Assembly: GCA_964016885.1 (NCBI GenBank)
Contig: OZ024744.1
Span: forward strand, 39,308,001-39,372,000
Reading direction: 5' to 3'
Length of the DNA: 64,000 nt
From: Eledone cirrhosa
Lineage: Eukaryota
The notes beneath the pieces are model-generated. The model ran no database searches. It had not been told where the DNA came from and saw only the letters and a program-made list of their open reading frames with translations. This document shows, one piece after another, positions 62,580 through 64,000 of the stretch. Position 1 is the first letter of the stretch, and every line of letters starts with the position of its first letter. Both the position numbers and the translations under genes were made by a program.

Positions 62580-64000
62580 AATGGATGTTAAATGATGGAC
62601 TACAATGGAGGGCTGTGGCTTCAAATAAAATAAGGCTTGGGCTTCGTAAATTATGGAGAAGACAGCCCATTGAGGAGGGCTGTAGCTCCAAATAAAATAA
62701 GACTGCATGGGGTAGATGTGAACTCTGTAATCTGAAATGTAGGCAACCCATCTTGGAGAGCAGTCACTCTAAATAAAATCTGATACAGGGTTGAGAGGAC
62801 CTTTTAGTCTGGTAAGCCTCTTTAGTGATGGTGGCTTGAATGCACCCAATCCTTGCTGTAAAATGGTTGGTGATAGGAAGGGCATTCAGCCAGTAAAACT
62901 TTGTCAAAACTATGCAAAGTACAACACATAAATCTCTCACTAATTATGTGTACAGGACTAACAGTAATCATGTAAGTGCTGTCCACATGATGTGGGGTGG
63001 CTAACTTAGCCATATGTGGGAACCTCTTGACCCTCATCAAGCAATTGTGCACTCTTATATTCCCTTTGAAGTACAAAGAACTACAAAAGGAACTAATCAC
63101 CATTACCAGGTAACTCATCTCAGAGCTGCTACACTCAATGTGATCACACTGAAAAGTAGATCAGGTAAAACTGTTGAGTTGCTTGAGCGGCAATGAGTGG
63201 GAGTTTTCTGTGTTGAAGGAGTGAGATGGAGAGGTGGTTTTGCATGACTTCTCACAGGCAAGCAGTGTAGATTCAAGCTCTTCTGGGTAGGTAATGATGA
63301 TGGGGTAGGTGGAGTAGGTAATCCACTAGCTGAGAAGTGGGTAGATCAGGTAATCAAAATAGAGTAAGTGGTCAAAGTGGTAAATTAGTCAAAGGCAATA
63401 GAACAACAACCATTATCTCTAGCTATGTACCACAAACAGACTAAATAAGGAACAAAAGGACTGCTTTTATGAACAACTTTTATAGACAACCTCAGTTACT
63501 GATGACAAAGACCTTATCATCCTAGCAGATGACTTCATATGACATGTTAGACAACACAGGAATGGCTACACTAGTGGCTATGGCTCAAGTAATGAAGAGG
63601 GAATGAGGCTCCTGGAATTCTGTAATACAAATGAACTAACCACTCGTAACACTAACTTCAAGAAACTGGTCAGCCACGTGGTCACCTACCAATCAGGTGA
63701 ACACAAAAGCCAGATTGACTTCTTACTTGTTAGAAAATTAGATAGACAGATTGTTAGAAACATTAAATCCTTCCCCAGAGAAGAAAGAACTGCCCAACAT
63801 AAGTTAGTTATTAGTGACATCAGAATAAGTACAAGACAGAAGAGATGCTGGAAAACCTGGAGGAAGAGAGTTTGGAAGCTAAAGGTTCTTCCTGTTAATT
63901 ATAGGTTCAGAAAAGCTTTACTTGAGGCATATGATAAAGAAGATGAGTTCGACACATATGACATAGAGGACAATTGGAAGTTCCCACATGACAACCTATA
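62580..64000 (+). mobile_element. 5' part of a degenerate RTE LINE (5'UTR and APE endonuclease), runs off the window end
   Basis: LRAATLNV.TLKSRSG, VRWRGG, DGVGGVG, YVPQ, NEEG.RLLEFC, TYQSG..SQIDFLLVR, QHKLV, with stops and frameshifts; 5' region has three degenerate repeats ending CAAATAAAAT. Confidence 0.8.

Noticed and set aside
62600-62785. HDV-like ribozyme at the RTE 5' end
   Set aside because: The position is plausible, but I could not build the P1-P4 nested pseudoknot from this degenerate copy.

Overview
AT-rich animal genomic DNA, most likely from a coleoid cephalopod (octopus-type SINE/LINE repertoire; inferred). Almost all of it is repeat-derived. Only one host coding exon is supported: a 546-bp, + strand, phase 0-0 exon of a SWAP70/DEF6-family gene (26858-27403). 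The rest comprises a 28-bp satellite (1-3180), many 5'-truncated RTE LINEs whose RT carries an inserted PHD-type Cys/His finger, CR1 and CRE fragments, MetaSINE-like and CORE-like tRNA SINEs, non-autonomous Helitrons, and Merlin, hAT, piggyBac and Tigger-like DNA elements. The most striking layer is a Penelope/hammerhead-ribozyme system. It includes a near-intact, probably Naiad-type Penelope-like element (PLE) with a 1.1-kb inverted 3' copy and a 12-bp TSD, and a non-coding ~432-nt unit present in two circular permutations that carries a covarying minimal hammerhead (retrozyme/circRNA-like). At least three further hammerhead-bearing pLTR-like families are present, plus short palindromes centred on what look like hammerhead stem II. 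All calls were made by eye; coordinates of degenerate repeats are approximate.
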